A stretch of 64,000 bases of DNA, taken from positions 8,205 to 72,204 of the forward strand of contig JAHIMR010000065.1 of NCBI GenBank assembly GCA_018896525.1, given 5' to 3'. This stretch comes from Actinomycetota bacterium. GTDB lineage: Bacteria; Actinomycetota; Geothermincolia; Fen-727; Anoxymicrobiaceae. How positions within the stretch are numbered: the stretch's first letter is position 1; each line of letters begins with the position of its first letter. This document shows, piece after piece, positions 62,919 to 64,000 of the stretch. A program made the position numbers and the translations under genes. The notes under the pieces were generated by a model, which was not told where the DNA came from, did no database searches, and worked only from the letters and a program-made list of their open reading frames with translations.

Positions 62919-63546
62919 TTCCACCATCCCCCTGTAGAACGTCAAGCGCCCCCTTGAAAAAAAGGAGTTTGTCAAACCGCAGGATGTCATAGGTGTTGAT
63001 CTCGGAAGGGAAGTACGTTTCCACGCCCGCGATGTTCCGAAACGATTTTTGCACATTCAAGTCGTCCTTCAGGACCACCACCATGATGTTCCCCTCGAGC
63101 TTCAAGTTATCGAGTATCTCAACACAGGCCCTGGTGCTCGGCGGCTCCAGCGTAAGATCCTCCAGCACCAGTATCCTCTCCTCACTCGCCGCCGCGGATA
63201 GAGCCGACCGAAAAGCGAGCCTTCTCACCTTCTTCGGCACCTTGAAAGAGTAGTCACGCGGCGAGGGGCCGAATGTGGTCCCACCACCTTTCCACAGTGG
63301 CGAACGTATGGTTCCCGCCCGCGCCCGGCCGGTGCCTTTCTGGCGCCACGGCTTGCACCCGCCGCCCCTGACATCACTACGGGTCTTCGTCGCCGCGGTC
63401 CCGGCGCGGCCCTCGGCCCTCTGCATCCGCACCACCAGGTGCAGGGCGTGGGTGTTGGGAACGACCCCGAACATGTCACTCGAGAGCTCCACGTCCCCTA
63501 TCTTTTTTCCCTTGTTGTCCTGTAGCGCTACTTTCACGTCCGTCAC
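62902..63546 (-). CDS. rplD: 50S ribosomal protein L4
   Basis: KPWRQKGTGRARAG, GGGTTFGP. Confidence 0.97.
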   Translation of the reverse strand: MTDVKVALQDNKGKKIGDVELSSDMFGVVPNTHALHLVVRMQRAEGRAGTAATKTRSDVRGGGCKPWRQKGTGRARAGTIRSPLWKGGGTTFGPSPRDYSFKVPKKVRRLAFRSALSAAASEERILVLEDLTLEPPSTRACVEILDNLKLEGNIMVVVLKDDLNVQKSFRNIAGVETYFPSEINTYDILRFDKLLFFKGALDVLQGDGGNEASA

Positions 63547-64000
63547 CGCCGGCCTTTCCCGGCCTTCCCTTTCACAGATTCTCTTACGATAACAATCGAA
63601 CCATGCGGCCCGGGAACCGAGCCCTTGACCATCAACAGGTTCTTATCGCGGTCAACCCTGACCACCAGGAGGTTCAAGGCGGTTACCCGCTCTCCCCCCA
63701 TTCTCCCCGGCATCTTCCTTCCCTTGAACACCCGGGAGGGGGTCGCACACTGTCCTATCGCCCCCGGGGCACGGTGGAAACGCGAGCCGTGCGAAGCCGG
63801 CCCCCCGCTGAAACCCCAGCGCTTGACGACACCGGCGAAGCCCTTCCCCTTGCTGATCCCGGTGACATCCGCACGGTCTCCCTCCTCGAAGATGGCTACG
63901 GTCACCTTCTTCCCGGGACTGTACTCTTCGCCCGGCTCCAGGGGTACCTCCACCAGGACACGCGGCGTTGAATTGGATTTCTTCAGATGACCCTTCATGG
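63543..64000 (-). CDS. rplC: 50S ribosomal protein L3 (start lies outside the window)
   Basis: SKGKGFAG, GPASHGS, KMPGRMG, KGSVPG. Confidence 0.95.
   Translation of the reverse strand, partial: MKGHLKKSNSTPRVLVEVPLEPGEEYSPGKKVTVAIFEEGDRADVTGISKGKGFAGVVKRWGFSGGPASHGSRFHRAPGAIGQCATPSRVFKGRKMPGRMGGERVTALNLLVVRVDRDKNLLMVKGSVPGPHGSIVIVRESVKGKAGKGRR

Overview
GC-rich bacterial chromosome segment, most likely from an anaerobic Actinomycetota lineage (inferred from the actinobacterial topA/MFS/tmk/holB/PSP1 gene neighbourhood plus pyruvate:ferredoxin oxidoreductase and a split Fe-S fumarase). Left part (1-24.9 kb): porCDAB, PSP1/ricT, holB, tmk, fumarase subunits, an MFS transporter, mdh, topA with a recent 300-bp internal duplication, membrane pyrophosphatase, aminotransferase, cyclase, a translin-like protein, a GAF/PAS/PP2C phosphatase and two PaaK-like CoA ligases. 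Middle (25-44.5 kb): an intact-looking IS607 (TnpA, TnpB, omega-RNA) and a ~17.5-kb type 3 BREX island. The island's BrxHII helicase appears reduced to a 74-aa in-frame remnant, and it carries four extra genes: AlbA_2, an RloC-like SMC ATPase, and a DUF3696 ATPase with a possible RelE-like partner. Right part (44.6-64 kb): a GH35 glycosidase and the S10-spc-alpha ribosomal protein operons. Non-coding highlights: (i) a ~164-bp highly structured, MITE-like repeat at six loci, mostly abutting stop codons inside essential operons, with covarying terminal stems and one copy nested in another; (ii) a ~80-nt orphan structured RNA candidate with its own near-consensus promoter; (iii) several REP-like palindrome mosaics. 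All product calls come from motif recognition, not database searches.
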